NCBI RefSeq assembly: GCF_018977255.1
Contig: NW_024704743.1
Location: 98,954,001 to 99,018,000, forward strand
Reading direction: 5' to 3'
DNA length: 64,000 bases
Source of the DNA: Callorhinchus milii
Lineage: Eukaryota
Shown: positions 24,910-38,335 of the stretch, piece by piece
How the letters are laid out: each line of letters opens with the position of its first letter
Position numbering within the stretch: the first letter of the stretch is position 1
Made by a program: the position numbers and the translations under genes
Notes under the pieces: model-generated
Database searches by the model: none
The model's input: the letters and a program-made list of their open reading frames with translations, nothing else
What the model was told of the DNA's origin: nothing

Positions 24910-26145
24910 ATAACAACAACAACTTGGATTTATATAGCGCCCTCCACGCCGAACGGCGTCTCAGAGCACTTCACAGTAATGGATCCCGGGGCCGAGCCAG
25001 GGGAGGGGGAGGAAGGTGACCAAAGGCGCGGTCGAAAAGAAAGGTCTTCAGCCGAGACCTGAAAATAGGAAGAGAGGGAGCCAGGCGAAGGAAGGGAGTT
25101 CCAGTGCCTCGGGGCGTAGTGGCTGAAGGTACAGCCGCCGAGGGTGGAGCGGAGGACTCGGGGGACGAGGAGGAGGCCAGACCCAGTGGAACGAAGGCAA
25201 CGGGCATTGTTTTGAGGAGAGAGGAGGTCAGAGAGGTAGGGGGGTCCAGAGGAGTGGAGGGATTTGAAGACAAGAGTGAGGATCTTGAAGTCGATCCTCT
25301 CTGGGACAGGCAGCCAGTGCAGTCTGGCAAGGACTGGGGTAATCGGGGAACAGAGTTTGGTGTGGGTAAGAATGCGGGTGGCAGAGTTTTGTATGACCTG
25401 GATTTTATGGATGGTAGAGAAGGGGAGACCGGCGAGGAGGGTGTTTGAATATCCAGCCGAGAGGTGACAAAGGCATGGACGAGGGTTTCAGCGGCTTTTG
25501 GAGTGAGGTATTGGTGGAGACGGGCGATGCATCGGAGGTGGAAGAAGGCGGTCCTGGTGAGGGACCGGATGTGGGGCGGGAAGGGTAATTGGGGGTCAAA
25601 CCTGACGCCTAGGTTGCGTACGGGTTCGGAGAGTTTTAGGGGGAGGTCGGGTAGGTGGAGGAGGTGAGAACCGTGTGATTTTAGATGTTGACGACAGCCA
25701 AAGAGTATGGCTTCCGTCTGTCACCGTTCAGCTGAAGAAATTTTTCGCTCATCCAGCCCCTGAGGTCTGACAGGCAGCCTGACAGAACATCAGGGGACTG
25801 GGGGTCGCAAAGAGAGGTGAAAAAATAGAGTCGGGTGTCGTCCGTATACATGTGGAAATGTACCCCATATCTGTGGATGACATCCCCAAGAGGGAGCATG
25901 TAGATCAGAAAGAGGAGGGGCAATAGTGGCTGGGGTTTGAGGGATCTAGGGAAGGTATTTTGAGGAGGGGGTGATGACAGAAATTTTAAGGGAGGCAATG
26001 ACTGATCCGGAGGAGAGGGACTGGTTGATGACATCATCCAGTTGTGGGCAGAGGAGGGGGAGCTGGGTGACCAGCAAGTTGATCGGGAGGGGTTTGAGGC
26101 AGCAGGTGGTGGGTTTCATTGAGGTGATGGTGGGTGAGAGGGAGA
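24910..26145 (-). mobile_element. L2 fragment, distinct subfamily, internally deleted
   Basis: [44 protein letters not shown]; (AAC)n tail on +; different 3' stem-loop (acgccgaacggcgt). Confidence 0.88.
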
Positions 26146-26350
26146 GATACTTATAATAATAACCAGACTTTTTGCATATGATATAGCACCTTATTCATGT
26201 TGAAATGTCTCAAAGCACTTCACAGAATGTTTCTGTAAAATGTAGTAATAACTGTATTTTTAGGCAAAAACAGCAGCAGCCAATTTGCGCACACCAGTTA
26301 TGAAATGAATATCCAATTCTTTACTCTGTACTATTCGTTTTGACCATGAT

Positions 26351-26707
26351 TCCTGTAGCCTATTAGTTAGAGCACTCGCTTTGTAGACGAGAGGACCTGG
26401 TTTTGGTTCCCGAGCAGGGCAAAACCTTAGGCAAGTTTCCTTACTCCACACGCCTCTGTTTACCTAGCAGTAAGTAGGAATCCAGTTGTTAGTCGATTGG
26501 CGCATCCCTAAATAAAAATAATAATCATTTGGTCAATCCATGACTGTTTGTGGGACACTGCTATGTGCAAATGGCTGCCACGTTTCACCCACAAAATATA
26601 CAGTCAATTCACTATATAGAATGCAGTATATTCTGTAAAGTGCTTTAAGGCGTCTCAATGACGTGATAGGGCACTAGATCAAATGCAAGGATAATATTAT
26701 TATTATT
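26351..26707 (+). mobile_element. Longer variant of the tRNA-headed Deu SINE
   Basis: Same head and tail as the 50129 copy plus an extra internal segment ctctgtttacctagcagtaagtaggaatccagttgttagtcgattggcgcat. Confidence 0.85.
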
Positions 26708-27679
26708 TTCTCCAGGTAAGGGAGCTCACTTGCTCACATTCCTTTGCCGATGCCAGTCGATAACTCAGGACTAGAAGCCACCCAGCTCAGCTCTGGTGCC
26801 TTTTGCTCTGACTTTCTCTTACCCCATCTCTGCAGGAACGCACTTGAAGAACGCACTCCTCCCCTTACAGTGCCTCCATTTGGAAGCGGGCCACGTGGTA
26901 AATTGATTGCTTGAATGTATATGTACCACCAAGCCATGTTATTGCAGTGTACCCTGTACTGCTGGTGTTGCTCAGGATATTTTAATCAAAAAGTGGAGGA
27001 AGGGGAGATGAAGAAATGGTGAGTCATTTGTAAAGTGGAGATGATGGCAGACAAAGCAGCTTTGAGTTTTGATTGAATGTTTGTGCTCTGGATGTTCTGC
27101 TCACTTAATGAGGCTGAACCTACAGTGATGTTTCTGCAAGATATAAACATTGCACAATTGTAATTTAACCATTCTTTGTAATAACTTATTCTCAGGAGTA
27201 CAAACTTAAACCTGAACAATTCCCAATTGGTTGGATATTTGGTCCTATCGTTCACTCCAGATACTCAAGTGCAGTTATGTTTATAAAGCCATGGAGGGCG
27301 GTTTCTTTCAAAGGTGTAGAGTCTTTGCAGAGGTTGTGGCTGGCAATGTGAATGTTGTTTCATTGGATGGCAGCAACTGAATAGACCAGCCTGAGCTCCA
27401 CTTCTCTGAGAGAGATTTGTACCAAAAACAAAACTGACCTTAGAGAATCATTTAATCTTAAGGTTTATTCAGGTAAATTTTATTTGAGAGCAAACACACA
27501 TGGAAAAGGGACAGAGCTGGACATTGTCACTGAGAGGGTAGTCAGCCCAAAATGATAATCCAAAGGGGAAAAGTAAAGTGAAAGAGAACAGTAGAAAAGA
27601 TGGTGAATGAGGATGTGGATTTTATTATTTTCCTTCGTTTTCCTCGCGGTGGGCAGGAGATGGAGGAGGCAAACAGCTT

Positions 27680-28195
27680 CTCTTTGAGGCTGGGTCAGCT
27701 CCAAAGTGACAAACCCAGGGTTGGAATATCAGAATTGAGTCAACTCTCTATGGCGGTCTTGGTAATAATACTTGCATTTGGTAGTCCACTTCTTGAGCCA
27801 GGCAGGACCACGGTTCTCCAGGAAGATGGATCAGTCAGACTGGTTCGTCACCAGGACTTGGAGAGCAGACTGATCTCTGGACCTGTGATTCTTCCCATTC
27901 AGCTCCTGTTAATCCTGCAAGCCCTAATGGTTAGGGTGGTCCTAGCCGGATAAGCAGTGAGAAACTTGACAGACAGGTTTCACAATGGCAAGATGTGCAG
28001 TCTTAGCTGGTTAATCTCTGGGGTCCCCAAGCTTTGGCTCTTGTAAGCCTGTGCCCAGTCCATTCCAGGATTAGGTGAGTATCCCTCTGGGGCACTCCAT
28101 ATCAAACAAAGAGAAATTTGCATACTTATGTGGAACTCTCAGTAATTTATTTTGGATTTGGGTTTCTTCACAAGTCAGACACTTGGCTGACCAAA
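27680..28195 (+). repeat. Unclassified old interspersed repeat (one of about 7 copies)
   Basis: Shares gctcctgttaa(t/c)cctgcaagcc, tagggtggtcctagc, caatggcaag, ttagctggttaa and gtcagacac with 15900-16030, 35075-35475, 39150-39580, 47220-47460 (+) and 41335-41745, 43650-44010 (-). Confidence 0.8.
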
Positions 28196-29275
28196 ATAGC
28201 CATTTATTTTGTAAAAGCCATTTGTTTAGGTGTCAGCCAGGCTCAGTTGGTAACACTGTTGTTTCTGAGTCAGAAGATTGTGGGTTCAAGCCCCACGTTG
28301 GAGCTTAGAACTCAGTCTATGCTGATGTTCCAACGCAGTGCTGGGGGGAATTGCTGCATTGATGGAGATACAGTCAATATGGACCAAGTTTGAAGCTGAG
28401 ATCTCGTCACAGTGACCTATGAGTCACTGGATTAAGGCACCGTCAAACCTTTAGCAGACCAAAGTATTGGTTTTCTTTGATTTATTACATCTGGTTCAAT
28501 GATTACAGATGATTCATTTTATAAAATATTGTCTTTGTCAGCCGAATGATTCAGGGAATGAATTCTTTTTATTAAAAAAAATCTTCAATCGCTATTTGCA
28601 GCACTTTAATTATTTTCATAGCTTTGTGCTGTTTCTCCCAAATCTTTATTTTCGGTTTTACTTCTCGACATCAGATCCATTCACAATCAAAGGGAACACT
28701 CAGTGCTCTCAGAGAAAATCAATTTTATTTTCTAGTGAAACCTCTTGCAGATCTATTGTTTCTTGACCACATGGGGAAGAGGGACAGTTGCAATGGAACA
28801 GTGAATGATGACTAGTAGTAAAACACAACCTTTTATGAGAAGCATATTTTTAATGCTAATATATTTAATAAAGAAGGCTGGATGTTTTTAAGGCAGGTTA
28901 GGATGATAATCATAAAACCTTATGTTATTCCAGCCCTCTCAAATGATTTCCATCTACTCCCAGTTTTCTGCTATTGATTTCGACGTGACCGTCCATTTGC
29001 TTGTCTTAGAGGAGCTGATAACGGACACCAGGTCTATTGTCGTTTACCTGGGTTTCACTTTCATTTCTAGTCAAAATTTGTTTTGTAAACATTTCAAGAG
29101 GTTTACTTTGACATGAAAAGCGCTGGATAGATACAATTTATTATTACTGAATTATAAATGATTCCTTAGTCTTCTCCAATTGAAGGTATAAGTTACCAAA
29201 TGCTGTCTCATGTAAATCCTACAAAGGGTTACTTCTTTTCTAGGAGTTTAGGAAGAACAAACTAAATGCCCCTTT

Positions 29276-29706
29276 CAACAACAACAACAAGATTACATTG
29301 TATAGTGCCTTTCACGTCGGGAGGACATCCCACGGCGCTGGACAGTGTACAGTATTTAAGACCCGAGCTAGGTAAGGGAGGGGAGGGGAAGGAGGGTGGC
29401 TGATGACATGGTCGAAGAGGAGGGTTTTGAGGCGGGACTTCAAGGAGGCTAAGGAGGGGGTGAGGTGGAATGATTGGGGGATGGAATTCCAGAGGTTGGG
29501 GGCAGAGTGGCTGAAGGCTCTCCCGCCAATGATGGGGCGGGGGGTACGTGGAGCAGGCCCGAGCTGGCTGAGCGGAGGGAGCTGGTGGGTTGATAGGGGG
29601 TTAGGTCGCAGAGGTAGGGTGGAGTGAGGCCATGGAGGGCTTTATAGGTGAGGACCAGGATCTTGAACTGGATCCTCTGAAGGATAGGGAGCCAATGGAA
29701 TCGAGC
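29276..29706 (-). mobile_element. L2 3' fragment
   Basis: Closely matches 12545-12985; (AAC)n tail on +. Confidence 0.9.
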
Positions 29707-29919
29707 TCACTGGAAGATGCAGACAGTTGGGAGCTGACAGGATGTTTTCAAATCTACTGAATATTGTTTTAAGTTTACTAAACCAGCGCATGTTGTAGAA
29801 ACTAATAAGCCATCTCGGACTGAGTTCAAGGCTGCTGTGACCCAGTCTCAGTATTCAGATCACATCTGCACATTGTTCTTTCTTTCCTACATGGCTGATG
29901 ACTTTCGCTGTTTATGATT

Positions 29920-30450
29920 CTCTTCCCCCTTTTCTCCCCGCGTTTCCTCCTGAAGGAGCTGATTCTTGTCAGCTTATGGATCCACATCACCTCCTGGGTA
30001 TTTGCCCACGTTTTGCTCCATGGCTGTGGGGGTGAATGAAAGCTGAGCCCAATCTGGCCTTCCTCCAGCTTCAACTTCCAGCTGGAATCATTAAGATTCA
30101 ATCCGAAGCGGAAACCTGGCTTTCACTTCCCTTCAAGAGGCAGTGAAATCAGATCCAAAGCCCCCAATTGTGATTCTCCAGAGATCATCTACAGTATTTA
30201 CTCAAATCTAAGGTGCTGGCAGATTTTAGAGGTTTTTTGGGAGTGCGGGGGGGAGTAACTACTGCAATTCTACAAGGCTGTGCCAGGCTCATCGATTGCA
30301 AAGACACCCCTAATGTTGGCGGTAATTTTTGATGAAAACACCCACATCATAGATCTGGGTAATTTTGGTCATTCAGCACACACCTGAAACCTTCTGCTCT
30401 GTATGGTGCAGGTTTACACCAAGGAGTGCATTTATGCACTGGTCCATCTA
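29920..30450 (-). mobile_element. Ancient SINE relic (AmnSINE2-like), split by a MITE
   Basis: Minus strand reads ccatacagagcagaagg...tgtgctgaatga, gatctc...acaattgg, agccaggtttccgct, gattgggctcagc, tcagctccttcaggag in the order recalled for AmnSINE2; colinear with 40440-40745. Confidence 0.5.
30192..30368. mobile_element. Tc1/mariner-type MITE relic
   Basis: TA then cagtatttactcaaatctaag ... catagatctgggtaattttgg, imperfect terminal inverted repeats; interrupts the surrounding SINE relic. Confidence 0.5.
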
Positions 30451-32763
30451 TGTGTATCTGAGCTTTTTGATCAGGTTACAGCTTGGTAGCTAAATCCCAG
30501 GCATCATATACTTCTGCAAACCTGAATGGTATTTTTTATTAGGTCTCTCTTCCTGTTGCTTGTTGATCAAACCAAGCAGGACTGACATCATTACTCCTAC
30601 GTGTTTATTTTTTTTTCTCCTCCTCTGACACACGAACAGATTAGCATCCACTTCAAAGCCATCTATGCGAGGCATTGAATGACAGATGTAGTGCTGGAGC
30701 CCTGGAGCAGAACATCTAAGCTGCTTTCCATATAGCCATATTCCAAAATCCCTGTTCAGGAGTGCAGTGCAGTGTCCAGAGGTTTTAATTCTCTTTACTT
30801 AACTCCACAGTTTCAAAGCATTGCCTTATGCTAGTTGCCAGCTTTACTTTGACCAGGTGACCATTCTATGAGACTTGCGGCCTTTTAACCTGTTGGGTAC
30901 ATTGCAATCTATCCTCACCAATACCAACATAATTGTACAATTCCAGCAGTAGATAATAATCCTGAATGAGTTCCAGGGTAGATGCTGTTCCCCTAGCTCA
31001 GGGGAACTTAAACTGATTGCATTCTGTCTGAGATCAAGCGAATTAAGTTCAAGATCAAATATCCGTATGTAGATTGTAACTTGATGAAGATGTGAGAAGG
31101 CTGGCTTCAGTTTGTTAGATTTTATATTCTGGTCTGAGGAGCAGCCAGATTGCAGTACAGGTTAATTGGGGACACTTTACCTCATATGAACTTGATAAGG
31201 AGAGATCTGCAAATCATCCTTTTTTTAATTGTTTTTATGGATTTGCAAAAGTGCTCCCCATTGGCGAAGTAACTTAGTGGCAATTTTACTGGCACCTCGA
31301 AGCCACAGAAAAAGTGCTTTTCGACTTTCTCATGTGCAGGGAATGACTTGTGAGAGCTCATCTCGAAAGAGATTTTAAGTCGGAGCGGAATTCTGACGAG
31401 TTCGTGTGATGTACAGGGATTTCCCTCCAGAAATTGCAGTTTATGTTGCAAGGCACTTTTGCTGGTAGTGAGGCATAAATAACACCAGGAAGAGCACTTT
31501 TTCAACTCCATTATCTTATCTGATTTTTATGGGGTCTCAACACACACTGTTTCACTTACACTGGTGAATGCTTTGTTCCGCAATTAAAATGGTTCCCTTG
31601 TAACAAAAGGTTGACAAGCTTCACAAAACCAAGTGCATTAGACCCCTACATCTCACTTTGATATTGCCATCGCTTGTTATTCTGCAAACACAGTGGCGAT
31701 AATCACTTGGGAGCTGCCTGCCAGAATAGAATGTTTTGTTTTTCCCTTTTATTGTTCTAGTTTCCAAGTTTTCTAATTATTTTGACTTTAAGTTCAAATT
31801 TTTTTTAAACAAAAAAAACCTGATTTTATCTCCCAAGAACTACTGCTACAGGTAAACTTGCATAAATGATATGATTTATGTGAAGTATGAGTTACGGGTA
31901 AATTCACTTAAGTCTTATTGGCTGACTTAATACCACTTATCTTTTGTGATATGAAGACGGGCCAAGACCTTCTTTTTCGTGCTTGTTTCAAATACAGCAC
32001 TGCGTGTAGAATACTTGATCAATGAAGCCGGAAAGTCCGATAGTAACGATACAAGTTAGATGATTTGCATAGGATTTAGGATTATTTGGGACCAAGAAAC
32101 CATTACAATTTTGCATTTATCCAACTTGTAAAATACCACTAGTGCAAAAAAATCTAAGTAGTTTTGGTAGGAAAATTAATGGGACTCCGATGCATGTACA
32201 GCTTAGGTAATTATACAATTTATAACAAAACAACTTGAGTGGGTTTACGTTTACTACTAATCCTTGCATTTGATTACTGCCTGTGACACAAATCACATAC
32301 ATGGTGGATCACAGATAATTTCTGTAAAGTGTAGTGACTATGAGAAAACCGCCTCTTTCTCCCCATCTTCTCTGCACCAACATCAAGAATCATGAGATTG
32401 AGTCATCTCATCTTGCATCACTGCACAAAGCTTGCCACACGTTGTGAGAAGCAAATTTGCTCAGAGAGCATAAGTATGTGACATAAACACACCCCTTTGA
32501 GTTTGGGGGTAGAGGGAGCTACACTGTACATCTAGGTTTCAGAAAGCAGAAATGTGTTCTTTTGATCAGTACTACTACAAATAATGATAATAACCTTACA
32601 TTTAGTATAGGGCTTTTCACTTCAAAAGGACGATCTCAAAGTCCTTCTCAGGATATATAGAAAATTGTAATTGTTGTGTAATTTGCGGTCTTCATCTCAA
32701 AAGACCAAATAAATCATCACAAAATTACTCATTTAAGAAAATGTTCATGAAGAATAATTCCGC

Positions 32764-32948
32764 CAACTCTTTGTCCATAAGATCATTTTGTCTTAAAATT
32801 TAAGATTGTGCATTATTGTGAAAATGTCTTATATTGGGTCTTGATTTAGAAGCTAGTTCTTTTTAAGAACTGCTGAAAACAAGCTACCAAATTAAACAGT
32901 TCTCCATGATCTTAAATTTAAGGCAAAATGATCTTACAGACTAAGTTG
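32764..32948. repeat. Palindromic MITE-like element
   Basis: Arms 32764-32810 and 32905-32948 (taagatcattttgtcttaaaatttaagat vs atcttaaatttaaggcaaaatgatctta); central AGTTCTT-ttt-AAGAACT at 32855-32871. Confidence 0.7.
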
Positions 32949-35900
32949 AATATTGCACCCAATGTTTGTAATATATTAGGTCTTTGAATATAAAATATTT
33001 GAACCTGTTAAAGGCCATACCTGTTCGCATGGAAACTTTGCTGGGATTGGTGGCAGGGGGATGAAAGAATTGCAGGTTTGAAGCTGACACTGTGCCCAGT
33101 GCTATTGTTTAACTGGTAATGAAATCAGAAATCAAGAGTATTCAATAGGCAACAGACCTGAAATGTATTGCTCATTGTGCCTTTGAAGCAGAAGTGAAAC
33201 CCACCAGAATTACAGGGTCACCGCCACAGAGCAGGTTAAATTTACTGATTTTTATATTGTCGCAATGGGACCCGATCCTTTTTATCAGTAAAGCTTTTGT
33301 GGGGAACCCGTGAGCTGTGGAGCGAGTGGGGAAGGGTGACTGTATTCCAATTCCGTGCCAGGTGGTAGGAGGAAGCAACATCCACTGGCTTGACATGGGC
33401 TGAATACAGCAGGCTTGAAGTGATGCCGAAACAAACAGAGAGGTCATAGGGTGGATGAATGGGGGGTCATGCGGGCAATCTTGGGGTATATTTTGTTACT
33501 TTCCAAAATGAGCAGGCTTTTAAAACCTCGAGTTTGGAATGATAGCCCGGATTGAATACTATCCTAATTGTAAAAAGGAAATAAGGTTTGATTCAAGAAT
33601 GGGGACGACAAGCTATCAGTGGGGAATTTTTTGGGGGTTATTTAGAATTGTCAGCTACTTATTTCTTTTGCGTTTTTTTGTTCTCATTTTCTTTCTCTGG
33701 TGAAATGTGCTATATTTACTGCATTACAACTGAGAAACACAATGATTTATTTAAGGGAATATTAGGACATTAACAGTCAAATAAAAATATCACAACAAAG
33801 AGATTCCAGTTATTATAACATGGTTCAGTAGACTGTGTCTCACAGAAAAGGACGTGATATGGACACTCCTGAATTCCCAACTTAAGAATATTTTCATGTT
33901 GCTCAAATGTATCCTAAAAGTTTTTTTTAATCAAAATGACAGCGATTCGCTGCTTGTTTCAAAAGGCTGCAATGTTCTCAGAGAATATAATTCATAAGAT
34001 TGGGCAGTTAGCAGGCCTTTGTGTATGAAAGAAGAATGAAATGCCACAAGGGTCATCCTCATGGGATCTGGCACGTGCCAGAAGAAAGCTTTCCGCTTCA
34101 CAGCAGAGTCTTTAGTTCCAGTCAGTGTCCCGCACACTGCAATCTGGAGCATTTTAGAATGATTGAAACATCAGTGAAACTTCAAATGCAGCAGGAAAAA
34201 CAAGCTCGAAACCCTGGAGCAGATTTGGAAGAAGTAGAAAAAGGGCTGATTAAATTTGTTTTTATAAAGTGGCGGGTTCACTTCCACTGCTTGGGATGTA
34301 GGCTGTGAATTGCCCCTGGTAATGTTTGAGATTCCTTAGAAAACCAGAAGTGTTTACTTTACGAAAGAATCCATGGTATGTTGGCAGAACAGAGCATGCT
34401 TAAACCTAATACTCTGGTAATAGACTAAAACATTCCTTTTTATGATGACAGAAGAAATCCCAATCCATTTCAAAAAAATAAATTCATGCACACTGGGAAC
34501 ATATAAGTAAGTGTCTTAAGATATCTGCAGCTTGCAATTTTCTCCTTATTTTTAAAAAAAAGTCAGTTTTGTTCGCATTGAGTCATACTCTACAGAATGA
34601 GGCGGTTCAGATCTTTTCTGTTTGAGAGTAGACAACATGCCATTTTATTACCATTTGTCCTTGCAAAATCATTTTAGGGGGATTTGTTTGAAAAATTATA
34701 AAGTGCTAGGCAGGTGTTTAACGTCAAGTTAAAAACAAGCAAGTGTAAATTTATACATTTTTCATATCAAAGCGAAAGTGAAGCAGGCTAAAGGTAGAGA
34801 CTATGAACCTTGGTATCCACATTTTGTTCTTGGCTAGATACTGAGCAAATAACCTCAAAGGTTTGCCACAAGCTTTGCTTAATAAGAATACAATGTTCCA
34901 GTGGCACAAACGTATGGCGAGAGGTTCAGATTGTATTCAGTCAGCTCAGATTGTATTCCACTGCACTTGACGAGAGTTTAAAAAAGTATTTAATTGAGAC
35001 TTATTTCCTCAGGTGAAAGTTGACCTCCCCCTCTTTACCCCAATGGTGGATATGGGCTGATTTTAGTATTATACTGTTTCCAGCTCCAGGGCACTGCTGA
35101 TGAGAGCCCATGCAGCTCCTGTTAACCCTGCAAGCCAAAGTCCTAATGGGTAGGGTGGTCCTAGCTGGACAAGCAGCGGGAAAGCTTGCAAGACAGCAAT
35201 ATCAATGGCAGGCTATGTGGTTTTAGCTGGTTAGACTCCAGCAGTACCTGAGTGCATACTCTGGGGTCGCCCAAGCCTTGGTTCTTGCCAACGTAATACT
35301 TTCCAGAACTAGGAAAGCAGGATTTGTCCCTCCAGGTAGAGAGTCCGCATTCCATTCCAATAATGTATCTCTGGGATTTCCATGTGTAGGTGGGATGCAT
35401 GGAAATCTCAGCTTGATTTGAATACATTTAAGCATGGTGAAGGGTTTCCGCATGTGTCAGAACCCGGCTGTCCAAAAAAAATATTGTTTCCAGCTGACTT
35501 AGATGCTGCAGGCCTGCAATGGTTACAGGTCAGGATGAAGTAGGTAGATGTGTTCACAGGGAGTGTGTGTGTGGGAATACAATCCAATTTTTTGTTACAC
35601 TATCATCTGTAAATGGGCCGTGGCAGAACATGTGCTGTGGTTTATAAATGACAGTGTTAGTAGTTATTTACCATTCCTTTACCTCTTGCCAGGATTGGCA
35701 CATATTATTCTAAGAATGGAGGCAGTTGACCTTTTCCCAGGCTTCTGGCCATTGACATGGCGAAGTGTGAGAGCGTTTGAGTCCTCTAATATTTTCCTTG
35801 TTTCTGATGAAGTATCTTACTTGCATCCAACGATCTATTTAACGGCATTGCTGAGAATTGATTAATTTCACCTAGATGGACGATCTAACCTTGGGAGTCA

Positions 35901-38154
35901 AGTACTCAGCTGCTCGAGCCTCACCGCAACATATTGCTAAGGTAATAGGTTTGTAAATGTATTATTAAGTGTATTTAATATATTGCAGAGACATTCATTT
36001 GATGTCTGAGAGAGTTGAACACGGAATAATTGGCCAGAGAAGGATTACATGTAGGTTGCAATGTTTCTGTGCTTGGAATTGGCTGTTGAGTGCATTGTAT
36101 GGGTAGGGAGGCCATCAATGAAATACTATCGTAGAACATAATTGGTGCTGATTTGGAACAAAATGTCACAATTGACATGCAACATTGAGGTTTAAAAACT
36201 ACAGAGAGAAAGATTGTATATTCATAAATCATAACAACTTGCATTTATATAACACGCTTCACATAGGAGTGTTGGATGGGTGAGCAAAGGAGGACATAAT
36301 ACACTAAGAACTAGGGCTGTTGACCTCTGTCCAGGCTTTGTCTTTGTTGTTTTGACATAATCACAGATGAGAGGAATCCAATGTTCAAAAATCTTTTTCG
36401 GTGAGATTTCTTAATAAAGTGAGTGGTATCATTCTGGTAAGAAAATCCTGGAAGCTAGGGAGTTTTATCTCGGGAGTTAGTTACAGTAAAAACATTATTT
36501 TTTTGACTTGGTGTTTGTAGAAGATGGGTCCTGCTTTTAATACAACTGAAAATTCCCCTGTTGCATTTGCAGAGCACAAAGTAACACCTGTCCATTTCAA
36601 AGCCAATTCCATCATAAAGCCCATTACCTAATTTTCAGAATAGTTAAATGGATCATCTAGCAGCAAATAATAATGATAATAAAAATATTAATCTTGCATA
36701 TGAACACCACCTTTCACATCAGGGGGATGTGAAAGCACTTCACAAGATTTACTGTAAAGCGTAGTGACCATGCTATTTATAAGCGAACACAACAACCAGT
36801 TTGCACATGCAATGTCCCTCAAATAGCTAGTGACTTAATAATTTTATCTTGGGGATTGGTGGCCAGGACAGCGGGAGAAACTCCCTTCTCTTTTTGAAAT
36901 GTTTGTGATCTTTAATGTTCACCTAAAAAGGCAGATGGGAGCTTGGTTTAATATCCCACTGCATTGGAGTGTCAGCCTAGATTTATTCCTGACATGTGGC
37001 TTGAATCCACAACCTTCTGACTCAGAGGTGACTGCTACCAACAAAGTTTTCAATAAAATCAAGGTTCTAGGAAATGGCAATGAAGTAAAAATTTCTACGA
37101 ATTCACCAAAAATATCCGAGTACACTATTTGTTCCAGGAAGCTGCCCAAAAATGTTGGATGTGAAATTACAGGCCTGAAAACAGCACTGAGAAGATGTCT
37201 GCTTTGTCTAATTTTGCACATTTTGTTTTTGCTACTGCATTAAGTTACCCCAGCACAAGTAGTGTTCCAAGATGGCAGTACCAGTCTGTGGGTTAAATTT
37301 AAATTATCAGTAAATGGAAAAAAAGCACAGTAATCCTTGTACTAATCCTCTTTAGTAAACTTGAAGAATAAAAATAGTAACGTATAAAGAAAGAAAACAC
37401 TGAATATGCCAGTCGCCATGCAACAGCACTTGAAGGACGGTGATGTAAGCAAATTCACTTTTCAAAGAAGAAAGCCTGTATCCTGGCCAACAATCTGTCA
37501 GATAAATTGGTCATCGTTTCTTTGTGGGACATTTCTTTGCACACATTGGTTGCCATGTTCATCTTCAAATATTTACACAGACTGCACGGAATGAGGTCAT
37601 TTTGCCCAATCAATCCATAATCCATACCAAGTTTATACCCGGGTCTCCCTGTGCAAAAACAGTGCTTTCTTATTCCATATAAGGATATTATTTAAAATGT
37701 AGACTTGTTCACAATATTTATGAGAGTCAATTTACAGCTGATGTCCACTGGCTCAATAAAGGGCTATTTAACAGTTAAGAAAAACTGTTCCAAATGTTAA
37801 AACATGCAACAAAAGGAATCAGAAGGTGTTTCTTGCACTTTAAATTGTATGCTGATGATATTTCAGTGATTGGTTCAGAATGGAAACCTAGAGCAATGAC
37901 TATCCAAATTAATTGACATAAAAGTACAGCACTAAACTATACTGGCAGAAGCCAAACTTGATGTAAGTAGAGATATAATAGACATTTCTATGACGTGATA
38001 AGGAGCTTTATCAAATGCAAGGATTATTATCAAAAAAAGTGTTCAGGGTTTCTTTGTGATTACCAAAATGAGATTGCACAGAGTAACAGGAATGCACTGT
38101 GCAGTTTGTACCCTTTCCAAAATTGTATGGCAGCTGTTCATGCCTGTACTCAAG

Positions 38155-38335
38155 AACAATTACAATACAAAAATTACATTTGTAAATCCCCTTTCACATC
38201 GGGAGGACTTCCCAAGCTGCTGAACAGTCAAGGATTAGGACCTGAGCAGTGGGAGGGGTGTGAGGGGGAGTTGGGATCAGTGAGGCTGGAGGGCAGAGAA
38301 TGTAGAAGGGTGGCCAAAGGCATGGTCGAAGAGGA
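38155..38335 (-). mobile_element. L2 3' tail fragment
   Basis: aaattacatttgta...ctttcacatcgggaggacttcccaagctgctgaacagtc...catggtcgaagagga. Confidence 0.75.
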
